NCBI GenBank assembly: GCA_016932045.1
Contig: JAFGDO010000011.1
Span: 71,997 to 124,620, forward strand
From: Candidatus Dojkabacteria bacterium
Lineage (GTDB): Bacteria > Patescibacteriota > Dojkabacteria > JAHIVN01
Direction: 5' to 3'
Length of the DNA: 52,624 bases
The notes beneath the pieces are model-generated. The model ran no database searches. It had not been told where the DNA came from and worked only from the letters and a program-made list of their open reading frames with translations. Shown in pieces: positions 27,572 through 37,181 of the stretch; the first letter of the stretch is position 1; each line of letters begins with the position of its first letter. A program made the translations under genes and the position numbers.

Positions 27572-28228
27572 TTGTTAGATATAATCGGTGATAATATAGG
27601 CTTTTATTTATCAACGATGTCAGAGCAAGAGCAGGGATCTGATTCCTTTAGTTTAAGACAAGGGTTATCTACTCTTAGAGATGTTGTCGTCGGACAATTT
27701 CCTTTACCTCTTAGAGAACTTGTTTCATCACAATCATATCGTGAGAGAAGGGCAAAATGGGTTTTTGAAGTCATAGTTTGGCATAGTGTGAATGGAAATT
27801 TAAGGGATAGAATCATTGGGGAATTCCTAAGAGAAGTCGACACTAGAACATCTATTTCCAATCGTTGTTTACTGGCAGGAGCAATGGTGGATTTAAGGGC
27901 TGATGATGGGTTTCTTCATGTTTTTTTCATCGATGAGCGAGATAAACCTTTGACGATTTCTACTATTCGAGAGCTAGATGGTGAAGGTGTAGTCTTACCA
28001 AGTGATAAGCTTGAAAGACCTATTGTGGGAGTTTTGCTTAATGCAGGTTATAGCAAGTTGACTGCTGTTAGATGGGTAAATGGCATTCAGATTACACGAG
28101 ATGAGTGGCTAGGTGTTATTCAAGCTGTTGTTAATGCGCAAGCGATAATAGTAGCTGGTAGGCCAGGTTCTTTATCTTTTCATCCTATGAGTAGGAGTGA
28201 GTTAGCTGAGGTAGCAAATGATAGATAA
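27572..28228 (+). CDS. Lys-poor orphan protein
   Basis: The likely start is the ATG at 27617 (MSEQEQGSD), 31 nt after TATAAT at 27580-27585. Confidence 0.55.
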   Translation: MLDIIGDNIGFYLSTMSEQEQGSDSFSLRQGLSTLRDVVVGQFPLPLRELVSSQSYRERRAKWVFEVIVWHSVNGNLRDRIIGEFLREVDTRTSISNRCLLAGAMVDLRADDGFLHVFFIDERDKPLTISTIRELDGEGVVLPSDKLERPIVGVLLNAGYSKLTAVRWVNGIQITRDEWLGVIQAVVNAQAIIVAGRPGSLSFHPMSRSELAEVANDR

Positions 28229-28325
28229 CGGTGCATATAGAAACTGGAAGTTGAGAGTAAATAGAAAATAGCGAACTGCAGACTGATGACAGAAAAATTT
28301 AAATAACTTTTGTCGAATATTAATA

Positions 28326-29654
28326 TTATTCAAGCGGAGTTATTGATACTCCTGGGGTAAAAACTCTGATAATTCTTTCCTGAACGTAAACGTTTCCCTG
28401 CATGGGCGGGGTTTGAAGATAAAAGTTAAAAGCATTTCCAAGTGTTTCATCAAGTTGAACCTGTCCCCTTGCTCCATATTTGGAGATAAGTCTGCCATTT
28501 TCTGTAACCATGAGAATATGAAATTCATTGCCTCCTCCAGAATTAATGAGAATTACTGATCCTACTGGAAGATTTGTTCTTATGTGCTCCAGAACAGGAA
28601 GCAACATCATATAAGGTTGAAAGATGAATGCTGGTTTTACCTCTTGAGGGATATTAGGATTATTTACAACATGTTGAGTCACAAAGTCTAAGGCAAGCTG
28701 TTGGTAAAAGGCATCTCTTTCAGTTCCGGTTCCGTCAGGTAGGATAGCATTAACTTGTGCCCAGAAATCTCCAGTGGCTTCAGTATAGCCTTGCAGGTTG
28801 AGAGTATTGATAAACATTTCCTCTCCGATTTGTGTGTCTTCTGTATTATAGCCAAGAAATGCTAGGGAAAATGCTGCGCAATTGTAGACCGTATCTTTGA
28901 ATGTTGGTGCCTCAAGAACAATATTTGAGAATGGCGTTGCACCTATCATTGCTTGGGCATATCCGTTTTGGCATTCCTCAAGTGTTGTATATGTTGCATC
29001 AGAAAGACTATACATGAATCTACAGTTTGGTTCATTTACGTTTTGGAGTATTACCTGTCTATTTGTAGTAGCACTTAAGTGGCTCCTAGGTTCCATATAA
29101 CTCCTAAACGAGCGAATAAATGTTGTCTGAATTCTGTTAAATCCATCAATAGTTTCAGGTGTGGGAGTTGGAGGAACTGGCGTTTCAGTTGGTTGAGGTG
29201 TCGAAGTCGGTAAACTGTTAATTGTCCGTGTTACATCAACTGCATCAAAATTACCTGAGCCTGTTGTGCATCCAGTTAAACCAGTCGCAGTTACTCCGGC
29301 AGTAGCACCTACTGCATTCACCAAAAGATATTCTCTCCTTGACATGCCTCTTCCATCCCCTGTCAACAGGATAAGTACATTTGCAGCTGCCATCCCAAGT
29401 CCAGCTGAGGTTAGTAAATTTCCTGCAGCACGAATAAGTGGGCTTTTAAGTACTTGTTGAATTCTGTATTCGACTTGAATGAGAGGAAAGTGTTCAAAAA
29501 CGATATCATTAAAAGTGCCTCTGATATTACTTATTCTTGGCTGACTTACTCTATCTCCATAGCAACCTTCGTTCCATGCTTGAGCAACATAATGTACAAA
29601 AGCTGGTACAACATCTCTTCTAGATACAATTTGTTCTGTAAATTGGTCGGACAT
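28326..29654 (-). CDS. Lys-poor membrane/lipoprotein with an internal Tat-like signal plus lipobox
   Basis: Residues 104-129, MSRREYLLVNAVGATAGVTATGLTGC, resemble a twin-arginine lipoprotein signal. They follow a 103-aa in-frame N-terminal region containing another hydrophobic segment, then a PT-rich linker and a ~270-aa domain. Confidence 0.6.
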   Translation of the reverse strand: MSDQFTEQIVSRRDVVPAFVHYVAQAWNEGCYGDRVSQPRISNIRGTFNDIVFEHFPLIQVEYRIQQVLKSPLIRAAGNLLTSAGLGMAAANVLILLTGDGRGMSRREYLLVNAVGATAGVTATGLTGCTTGSGNFDAVDVTRTINSLPTSTPQPTETPVPPTPTPETIDGFNRIQTTFIRSFRSYMEPRSHLSATTNRQVILQNVNEPNCRFMYSLSDATYTTLEECQNGYAQAMIGATPFSNIVLEAPTFKDTVYNCAAFSLAFLGYNTEDTQIGEEMFINTLNLQGYTEATGDFWAQVNAILPDGTGTERDAFYQQLALDFVTQHVVNNPNIPQEVKPAFIFQPYMMLLPVLEHIRTNLPVGSVILINSGGGNEFHILMVTENGRLISKYGARGQVQLDETLGNAFNFYLQTPPMQGNVYVQERIIRVFTPGVSITPLE

Positions 29655-29745
29655 TTAGATTTAGTAGAATCTATAATTATTAAGCTCGTATTATATCATG
29701 TTTATATAGGAATCGTGTGGTTTTATAGTATGTAGCTTGCGGGAA

Positions 29746-29773
29746 GCTGAAGGCTGGGAGCTAGAAGCTTCAT
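29746..29773. repeat. 7-nt periodic tract GCTRRRA x4
   Basis: gctgaag gctggga gctagaa gcttcat. Confidence 0.6.
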
Positions 29774-29828
29774 TGTTGTATGCTTTCATTGATATATCGA
29801 AGATCGTAGACTGTAGATTGCCGTATGA

Positions 29829-30275
29829 CTATTTCTCTTTTTCTTTCACAACTATCCGTTTCTGCTCTTTGACGGAGGGGATTCGGAAGAGTCCGATGCA
29901 GATTGAGATTATGAGCGCTTTCCACCAGATGGCTTCAAATGTGAACCAGGTAGGCAGTATTAATTGTGTGCCATATAACTTAATGAGACCGGATAACAGG
30001 CCAAAGATCGGATAAAGCAAGCACCCTACTCCACAGGTTACTATGACGAGTGCTCCGTAGCCAATTCCTGCAAGTTCTCCAATGATAAACATGATAAATC
30101 CTATTATACCTGCAATTACAATGTCATTAAGCGTGGGATCCGATATTATCTGTGGAGGCTCGGTAAAAGTTATCCAGCCAATGCGACGAAAGATGAGGAT
30201 AACTACTGCAGTTGCTATGAAGTTTATAAGTAGACGAATAAGTGTTTTCATGCTTCTTGTCTTTAAAATAATCAA
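29829..30275 (-). CDS. Phage-holin-IV/DUF360-like small membrane protein
   Basis: 3-4 TM. LIRLLINFIATAVVILIF...GALVIVTCGVGCLLYPIFGLLSGLIKLY resembles the YvlD/DUF360 pattern. The likely start is the ATG at 30251. Confidence 0.5.
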   Translation of the reverse strand: MIILKTRSMKTLIRLLINFIATAVVILIFRRIGWITFTEPPQIISDPTLNDIVIAGIIGFIMFIIGELAGIGYGALVIVTCGVGCLLYPIFGLLSGLIKLYGTQLILPTWFTFEAIWWKALIISICIGLFRIPSVKEQKRIVVKEKEK

Positions 30276-30391
30276 GTATAGACATTATACCAAGTAAATG
30301 AAATAATGACCTCCTGCCCCATAGTATGACTTAGCTCGTATAAATATGATATAATGCAAGGGTTGTCGATATATCTATTATATACTTTAGC

Positions 30392-31327
30392 GTGATTAGT
30401 GCGGATATGCTTCCCACGCCAGGGGGAGCGTTGATACAAACGGGTAATTGTGTAAGAGAAGCTGTTCAACGTCCAAGTAACGGCCGAGTACCTGTACGTC
30501 ATGAAGATAGAGACCGGATCGAAGTATTGGAAGTTCTTGGTCAAAAAATAACAAGTGCAGTAGGAAGAGGTATAGCAGTTCTACGTGGGGATAAAGCAGA
30601 AGCAAGGAGCATGACGGAGCGGGGAGTTATAAGTCCGTTTAGACGAGCATTAATTTTAGTCACAGCAGGAGTACTTTTAGCTGGGTGTGTGGCGGGTCCT
30701 GTTGAAGGAACATCACCTGCAGTAGTTCCAACAAGTACACATTTACTCACTCCAGTTGCAGCTATCACCCCTTCTCCTTTTCCAGAGATAGAAGCGATTG
30801 AATCTAGTCAAAGTATGCAGATTTTACCAATTGTAAATCCTCCTCCTCGGTTCTCTACAGATCCGGCAGGAGATTTTACAGTTCAAACTGAGCACCTTGT
30901 ATATAGAAGAGGAGACGTTGTATCTTTCTATTCACAGGATTATGTTGCTGGTGAAGGTGAGTCAATAAGAATTAGGTATGATATTGAGCTTGATTTTGCA
31001 GACACGGTTCTTGATTCCTGTCCACCCCCAGCAGATGGACAGCCTACTTTACCACTATTAAACGAAGAGTCTATGATTATGGTTACTATAGCTATGACAA
31101 TGACTCAGATTGCTGATGGGGTAGAGATGGAGGTACCAATTAGCGGTTCTTCTTCTTTTGTTACTTTTGGTTGTAACGGTGGTGTTCCAAGTTTTACCGG
31201 TCTGCCAGGAATACCAGTTGAGAGTTTGCCACAATTTATTATGGGGGTATGGGTGTATGGAGGTGAGGTAAGAGTTACTGTTACTGAAAGAATAGGTACT
31301 GAGCCTTTATCTAATATGGATGCATAA
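30392..31327 (+). CDS. Lys-poor putative lipoprotein
   Basis: GTG track start. The lipobox LLAGC has its Cys at residue 99. The internal ATG at 30611 (MTERGVISPFRRALILVTAGVLLAGC) would give a normal signal peptide. TGATATAAT lies at 30347-30355. Confidence 0.6.
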   Translation: MISADMLPTPGGALIQTGNCVREAVQRPSNGRVPVRHEDRDRIEVLEVLGQKITSAVGRGIAVLRGDKAEARSMTERGVISPFRRALILVTAGVLLAGCVAGPVEGTSPAVVPTSTHLLTPVAAITPSPFPEIEAIESSQSMQILPIVNPPPRFSTDPAGDFTVQTEHLVYRRGDVVSFYSQDYVAGEGESIRIRYDIELDFADTVLDSCPPPADGQPTLPLLNEESMIMVTIAMTMTQIADGVEMEVPISGSSSFVTFGCNGGVPSFTGLPGIPVESLPQFIMGVWVYGGEVRVTVTERIGTEPLSNMDA

Positions 31328-31447
31328 TTATACTTCTTTATATCTTATCCAAATTTCTATTAGTATCTATAAATTGACTTCATTACCTAAATATTTACTC
31401 AGAAGAAATTTGCGATATAATATATGGTCTTTATATAGAATCGGTTT

Positions 31448-32110
31448 TTGAGTAATTTATTATATATTGTCGTTATGGGCGAAGATAGATCAGTTGCTAT
31501 AGTTGAAGGACAAAATGAGGCTTATGGAGCAGTGCATCAGGCATCACCTGATGTGCGCGTGCGGGCTTCTAGAGTTGCAGCATTGACTACGACATTGTTA
31601 CTTTTAGCAAGTCTTGCCTGCACATTGTCCACATCTCCGATTGAGTCAACAAGTAGTTCTCAAGCCACAATACCTCCTGCTGCGGCTTCAACTCCAACAG
31701 TTCCCTCTTTTCCGACGAATGATTTTGCTCTTCTCCCGAATCCATTTGTTCCGGGAGAAGAACGTCAGTGTGATTTAGGAGTTATGGAAACAGTATCTAG
31801 TGTCCGTTTCCGATCAGGAGATACAATTGCGTTTCAAGCACCAGATGACTGGACATTGGGTGGTACGAGTCTCATACTGGTAACTATAGTTTCATCTGGA
31901 GGAGTAGTTGAAGTTACAGCAAGGTGGGAGATTGATACATATACGCAAGACCTAGAAGTAGACGGGACGAGACCATTAGATCACGCTGGCTGTCCTTTAG
32001 CGTTCAATCTAAATCTTCCGGGTGCTATGGGAACAGATTTCGCTTTACTTGTCTGGGAACCTGGAAGTGGAGATGGTGATTTAGCGGCTGCTTTATTTGA
32101 TGTTCCATAA
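31448..32110 (+). CDS. Lys-poor putative lipoprotein (paralogue of 30392-31327)
   Basis: The likely start is the ATG at 31475. Lipobox LASLAC, then a Ser/Thr/Pro linker. Shares the motif (Y/F)R(R/S)GD(V/T)(V/I)(S/A)F with its neighbour. Confidence 0.6.
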   Translation: MSNLLYIVVMGEDRSVAIVEGQNEAYGAVHQASPDVRVRASRVAALTTTLLLLASLACTLSTSPIESTSSSQATIPPAAASTPTVPSFPTNDFALLPNPFVPGEERQCDLGVMETVSSVRFRSGDTIAFQAPDDWTLGGTSLILVTIVSSGGVVEVTARWEIDTYTQDLEVDGTRPLDHAGCPLAFNLNLPGAMGTDFALLVWEPGSGDGDLAAALFDVP

Positions 32111-32239
32111 AAAGAGATTAATCTTTTAGTTTATTGGGTTTAGAAAGATATAATTTAGTTTACCTCTTTATCTTTTCCCAAAATTTTATTAATATCTATA
32201 AATTAGTATTTCAATTCATTTGAGCTTAGCGATTATAGT

Positions 32240-33070
32240 ATGAAGAAAGTAATTCTTCCTCAAGCCAAAATTGCATATAAGCGCCATGGGAGAAAGGGAA
32301 AACCTAAGTTACTGATGCTGCATGGGTTGTTTACGAATAGTTGTTACTTTGAAGAAACTATTGAATTTTTAAAAGATGAATTCGATATACTTACTCCGGA
32401 TCTTCCAGGCTTCGGCTATTCGGATAAACTGAAAACGCTTCCTCATAATCTTGAGAACTTTGCAGATATAGTTAGACAATTATGTGAACATGTCGATTTT
32501 AAGCCATTTAGCTTAGTCGGAGCCTCTTTAGGTGCTATTACAAGCATTGTTTTTTCATCCAAATATCCTGACTTTGTTGATAATGTTGTGCTTCAGGCTC
32601 CCCCTTGGAAAGACGAGTGTGTGAATATGAAGTTTACAAATAAGGCTTTTGGATTCGCTTCGAATTATAAAGGTCTTGTCAAAATTGCAGGGAAACTCAA
32701 GAATGGTGTGAGGAAGGAAATGTTTAGGTCTGCCATTAAAATTTTTAATAAACATTATCTACGAATTGAAGAAAGAAATGAAAAAGTTTCTTTTAGTTTT
32801 AGAACTATGAATCTTGAAGCTTCAAGTGACGTCTGGCATAACATTCGAGATCTAGATCTTACGAATTATGCCAAAAAGATTCATAAGCCCACTCTAATAA
32901 TATCTGGTGATCATGACGAACAAGTAAAACCAAATAATGTGAAGAAGTTGACTGAAGTAATTCCAGATTCAGAGTTCAAACTTCTCAAAGGCTGGGATTG
33001 TACACATGCGCTATTCTTTGACTATCCGGAGAAGATGGCGAGACTTATAAGAAGTTTTTTGATGGGATGA
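32240..33070 (+). CDS. Alpha/beta-fold hydrolase
   Basis: HGLFTN oxyanion region, nucleophile elbow GASLG, C-terminal D...H. Confidence 0.85.
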   Translation: MKKVILPQAKIAYKRHGRKGKPKLLMLHGLFTNSCYFEETIEFLKDEFDILTPDLPGFGYSDKLKTLPHNLENFADIVRQLCEHVDFKPFSLVGASLGAITSIVFSSKYPDFVDNVVLQAPPWKDECVNMKFTNKAFGFASNYKGLVKIAGKLKNGVRKEMFRSAIKIFNKHYLRIEERNEKVSFSFRTMNLEASSDVWHNIRDLDLTNYAKKIHKPTLIISGDHDEQVKPNNVKKLTEVIPDSEFKLLKGWDCTHALFFDYPEKMARLIRSFLMG

Positions 33071-33146
33071 CTTTTGATGAGTCTCGTATGGTCAATAGTT
33101 AACCCTTCGCCCATGGAGTTTGTAATTCATAGTTGCAACCATTTAG

Positions 33147-34094
33147 CTATTTGTCTCTATATATCTTCTCAATCCACTCGCTATTTCCATGTTTCTTACA
33201 CGCTAAGTGCCATTCAGTCCCCCAAACCAGTATTTTCTTGAATCCAATTTGTCCAAGTCTATGTATATAGTCATTTACTAAATTAGGGTTACAAGTTTCA
33301 TTCGCGTATGCATCTGTCATTGAAACTTGTTTAGTCTGCCAGGGCTCTGCTTGGAGCTCAGTACAGAAGCATTCTTTACCTCGTGTCCTCGCCTTGCTGT
33401 GTAAATTCTCTAAATACTTCCATGCACGACTAGATGCTTCGAAAGTTTTTGGTTTACCAAGAAGTGATTCGTGCTCAAATTTTGGATAAACATGAAGTCC
33501 GACAATGTCGGCAAGTTCTATTAGTTTTCTTTTGTAAGAATTCCTTCCTTTGAAATATTCTGCAAGAATTCCTGTTGTTGGTAAACCTTGTGCTGTAAGA
33601 ATTATTGGTAGCTCAGTTAGTGACTGTACAAATTGGACTTCTTCTTTAAGTAGGTTATTAGGTATACGCTTGATTCGTCCCTCGTTGTTCGTACTTCGCA
33701 TCTTTAGAAACGGTTCGTTTTCTATTTGAAACCATTTTATATTTTTGATCTTTTTATACCTGCTAACTACAATTGAGATAAATTTGAATAATTCATCTTT
33801 GAACTGGGAATCATTTATATCACTTTGCAGCCATTGGGGTATGAAGAATTCTGGCCATCGTGGGGATTTGACTCCCACTACAAGGATAGTTGGAGTATTT
33901 GAATGCTCTAAAATATTGAGAATCTCATCGTAATCTTTCCAGTTATACTTTCTTTTTTTCTCCTCTACCCTGCTCCATTTAATGCCAATTCGTACTGGTA
34001 AAATGCCAAAGTTGATGATTTGCCTTAAAGAATTCTTCCAATCTAGTCCTAAGTGCTTTGCATAGTCTATGTCGAAGGTAGTGCCGAGTTGCAT
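33147..34094 (-). CDS. TIM-barrel glycoside hydrolase (clan GH-A-like)
   Basis: WFQIENEP (acid/base Glu in the NEP motif) and TELQAEPW (candidate nucleophile). Confidence 0.5.
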   Translation of the reverse strand: MQLGTTFDIDYAKHLGLDWKNSLRQIINFGILPVRIGIKWSRVEEKKRKYNWKDYDEILNILEHSNTPTILVVGVKSPRWPEFFIPQWLQSDINDSQFKDELFKFISIVVSRYKKIKNIKWFQIENEPFLKMRSTNNEGRIKRIPNNLLKEEVQFVQSLTELPIILTAQGLPTTGILAEYFKGRNSYKRKLIELADIVGLHVYPKFEHESLLGKPKTFEASSRAWKYLENLHSKARTRGKECFCTELQAEPWQTKQVSMTDAYANETCNPNLVNDYIHRLGQIGFKKILVWGTEWHLACKKHGNSEWIEKIYRDK

Positions 34095-34199
34095 AGTAGT
34101 ATTTTAAACCAATATTTGAGTTATTATTACACTCTGATCAAGACAAGGCAATGATGGAAAACTGCAGACAGCAAAGTGAGAACCGATGATTAAGGAAAT

Positions 34200-35096
34200 T
34201 TACCAACGAAGAGGTTTACTGTAATACTCAATTACTTCCCTTGCTCTTTCAGTTATAAACGGATTGGGTTTATCCTTCTTTCCAAAAGAACCTATTGTAT
34301 TTGAAATAAGACGCTCAAGATTCCATGTGCCGTCAGTATTTTGTTTGGATTTTAAAAGTTTTACCGCTCTCTGACCCCGTTTGTCTTTTATGTCCTCTCT
34401 TGCAAGAAGCCAAAGAATCTCAAGAAAATCAGAGGAATACATATTTGGAAAAGTTAAACAGATAATCATCTTGTGAAGTGGCTTATTCTTCTTTCTGGAA
34501 CTAAAACAGACCTCATGTTTCAAGATAAAATCAATACACTTTCTCATTAACTCTTGTGATTCAGTTGTACGTTGACTAAGAGGTATGAATGAAAGACCTT
34601 TAAATAATTTTGTTACCCCCCAGTAACATGTGTGGCTTGAGTAACATCGCTCTCTTTTGCCAAAATAAGGGAATTCCATAGGAGTCTTGAAGTTTCCATC
34701 GTCAAATCTCTGATATTTATGAAAGAATTTAATGACATTAAGAATCTTTTTTGTCGTCTTCCCTCCGAAGTAGAAATAAAGATAAAGCAAATTCCCATTC
34801 AGGCAGGGAGAAGGTTCATGGGTTCCGTATGTGTTGTCACTCCAGCCAAAAATTCCGGTTTTAGGTTTATAGAAATCTCGGAGGAGAATCTTCAGTGCTT
34901 TCTTGGCTCTTGAATCGTTGGGACTGCATTTTAGATCAGCCAGTGTAATTAGCGTCCACAAAGTGGCTTTGTATGCAGGGATGTAGTGCTCATATCCGGG
35001 ACGGGTTCTTTTTATCTTCTTATCGTATGCCCATCTGCCTAGTTTATCCTGTTTTGAAAAGATTTTTTCGATTAATTTTTTATTATCATCTTTCAT
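34200..35096 (-). CDS. Alpha/alpha-toroid protein with prenyltransferase/squalene-cyclase-like repeats
   Basis: QW-like repeats (KQDKLGRWAY, KQNTDGTWNLE) and aromatic-rich helical repeats. Confidence 0.4.
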   Translation of the reverse strand: MKDDNKKLIEKIFSKQDKLGRWAYDKKIKRTRPGYEHYIPAYKATLWTLITLADLKCSPNDSRAKKALKILLRDFYKPKTGIFGWSDNTYGTHEPSPCLNGNLLYLYFYFGGKTTKKILNVIKFFHKYQRFDDGNFKTPMEFPYFGKRERCYSSHTCYWGVTKLFKGLSFIPLSQRTTESQELMRKCIDFILKHEVCFSSRKKNKPLHKMIICLTFPNMYSSDFLEILWLLAREDIKDKRGQRAVKLLKSKQNTDGTWNLERLISNTIGSFGKKDKPNPFITERAREVIEYYSKPLRW

Positions 35097-35185
35097 GTCG
35101 GAGACTGTGTCTTATTTCGTACTAACTAGAGTATATGCTTTAGCTAGTGAGATTAATATAAGTATTTTACCAGAATATAGAGAAT

Positions 35186-36310
35186 TTATCTTAGATGCTT
35201 TTGTAATTTGTATCTTTGAAGCTTGCAGTAAATGACCTCGTGTGTCCCGTAAGTGACATTACCAAAGATAGGTCTGGCTCTTTGCTCCTCTGGATTCTCA
35301 CCTTCATAAATCATAAGCCTTACTGGATTTAGCTTACACGCTTGAAGTAAGGAATGAATCTCTGCCATTCTTTGCTGACGTGCAATAAATTCATGTACAT
35401 CGTCCCCACCTCCAACAGTTATGATCAGATCGGCAGAATTATCTATTACACTTGCTAGGGCAAGGAGAAATGCTTTTGGATCAGGTATCATAGAAGGTTC
35501 TATCCTCAAAGCTGTTACCATATTTCTTCTTTCAAGTTCTTTGGCTTTGTTTTGTCCTGATAATGCTGAAATAGTTTCAATCGAATCTCCGATTATTCCT
35601 TTAAATTGTCCAGGATGTTTTTCTGATAGTTCAGCATATGTATCTGCATTAACAGGATCATTATCAACTGCAATCATATGTCTCGGAGTTGCGTAATGAA
35701 ATCTAAAGGCAACTGAATTTTCACCACCTAGATGAATTATTTCAGGTTGTGCATGCAGGTAGAAAAAGTCTTCAACTGCCGATGCTGCTCCAAGGGCCAG
35801 TTGAAGTGTTCTTGAAACATCATAATCTATGATTCCCAGCAACTTAAGAATTTGCATTGTACGGAAAACATTCGCGTAATGTAGTTTTACATAAGCCAAA
35901 TGATAAGCTCCTTCTTCTAAAGGATCTTTAGGTAATACTGCCTCTAGGGCTTCTGTTATGAATTCCTCCTGTGTATATTTTCCCATCGGTACGATAAGGC
36001 CATTGAAAAGCATGCAGCAGGATACAAATTGAGTTATTGCAAAAATGTCTGTAGGAGCATTTTCCAGATTTGCAGTATTTAGTAGATATGTACCATCAGC
36101 AATTTGTGCTTGTCTAATACTTTGTATGTCGAATGTCCTTTGTCTTAAATAACTATCCCAATTTGCAACTCTAGCAAGAAAACCGGGTGAATTTAACATT
36201 GGGAGTATATAAAATACCTCTTGTGCTTCGCCAACGTATGCAGCTCTTAACTCAGCCCAATGTTGCGCAGTTGGTTCAACGATCTCTCCCATTTGTCGTA
36301 CTACATCCAT
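35186..36310 (-). CDS. Lys-poor protein, possible class I methyltransferase-like C-terminal domain
   Basis: IIHLGGENS...MIAVDNDP...IIGDS spacing loosely resembles SAM-MTase motifs I-III. Weak. Confidence 0.35.
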   Translation of the reverse strand: MDVVRQMGEIVEPTAQHWAELRAAYVGEAQEVFYILPMLNSPGFLARVANWDSYLRQRTFDIQSIRQAQIADGTYLLNTANLENAPTDIFAITQFVSCCMLFNGLIVPMGKYTQEEFITEALEAVLPKDPLEEGAYHLAYVKLHYANVFRTMQILKLLGIIDYDVSRTLQLALGAASAVEDFFYLHAQPEIIHLGGENSVAFRFHYATPRHMIAVDNDPVNADTYAELSEKHPGQFKGIIGDSIETISALSGQNKAKELERRNMVTALRIEPSMIPDPKAFLLALASVIDNSADLIITVGGGDDVHEFIARQQRMAEIHSLLQACKLNPVRLMIYEGENPEEQRARPIFGNVTYGTHEVIYCKLQRYKLQKHLR

Positions 36311-36509
36311 TTGGCACTAAAGTTGAAATGTAACTTGGGGCAGGAGCTGGATAAAACGGAGTAATTATCCCACAAAATGGGGAAAAATAGCAATAGGAAG
36401 TACCGAGTTATATAGTTGAAACAGAGCTAATTGATCTAATTGGTTTATATGATTTAGTTGACTTGATCATATCGATCGTCTAGTTCGTCTAGATCATTTA
36501 GATCGGAAT

Positions 36510-36540
36510 TTGAAGATTGACAATTGGTGATTGAAAATTG
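36510..36540. repeat. 7-nt periodic tract TTGRNRA x4.4
   Basis: ttgaaga ttgacaa ttggtga ttgaaaa ttg, abutting the deaminase stop. Confidence 0.7.
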
Positions 36541-37011
36541 TTAGTACATCACCTTATCGTTCTTATCCTGCCAAATCTTAAAAATATCAAGACATTCATG
36601 TCGCATTTGATTCCCTATTGTCTTTATGTTTCTCTTATCATAAGTCTTCTGCACTTCATGGTAAAAGAATTCATCGTCAAACCCTATATTTGCAGCATCA
36701 CTTCGTGAGCAGCCGAAATAAAGCTTATCTATCCTTGCCCAGTAAATCGCTGCAAGACACATAGGGCACGGTTCACATGTTGAGTATATTTCACATCCGG
36801 ATAGATTGAATGTATCTAACTTTTTACAAGCATCACGAATTACATTTATCTCTGCGTGAGCTGTTGAGTCATTGTCTCTGACTACTGTGTTGTTCCCTAC
36901 TGAGATTACTCTTCCGTCTTTTACCAAACACGCACCAAAAGGTCCCTCCCCTACTGTTTGAAGTCCGCGCTTTGCTGCTTCGATAGCAATATTCATGAAC
37001 TGTTTGTCCAT
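36541..37011 (-). CDS. CMP/dCMP-type zinc deaminase (guanine/tRNA-adenosine deaminase-like)
   Basis: HAEINVIRDAC...CEPCPMCLAAIYWARI zinc-binding signature. Confidence 0.88.
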   Translation of the reverse strand: MDKQFMNIAIEAAKRGLQTVGEGPFGACLVKDGRVISVGNNTVVRDNDSTAHAEINVIRDACKKLDTFNLSGCEIYSTCEPCPMCLAAIYWARIDKLYFGCSRSDAANIGFDDEFFYHEVQKTYDKRNIKTIGNQMRHECLDIFKIWQDKNDKVMY

Positions 37012-37051
37012 AGGTTTGATTCCTACTTAATTGTTTTATTTTAAGTCTTTT

Positions 37052-37121
37052 GAAGGTGAAAGGCAAAAAACAGAAGGCTCAAGGTGGAAGGCAGAAGATA
37101 AAGAGTATAAGGTAAAAGGTG
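37052..37121. repeat. 7-nt periodic tract, 10 units, consensus RAAGGYR
   Basis: gaaggtg aaaggca aaaaaca gaaggct caaggtg gaaggca gaagata aagagta taaggta aaaggtg. Confidence 0.8.
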
Positions 37122-37181
37122 GTGTTGTAGCTTATAGGATATACTGTTATAATATTTCAATAGCATTAAGATAAAATTGAT

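Noticed and set aside
29737-30544. ORFs 29737-30015(+), 30082-30297(+) and 30272-30544(-) around the holin-like gene
   Set aside because: They overlap the better-supported membrane-protein ORF 29829-30275 or the promoter/5' end of 30392, and have no supporting motifs.
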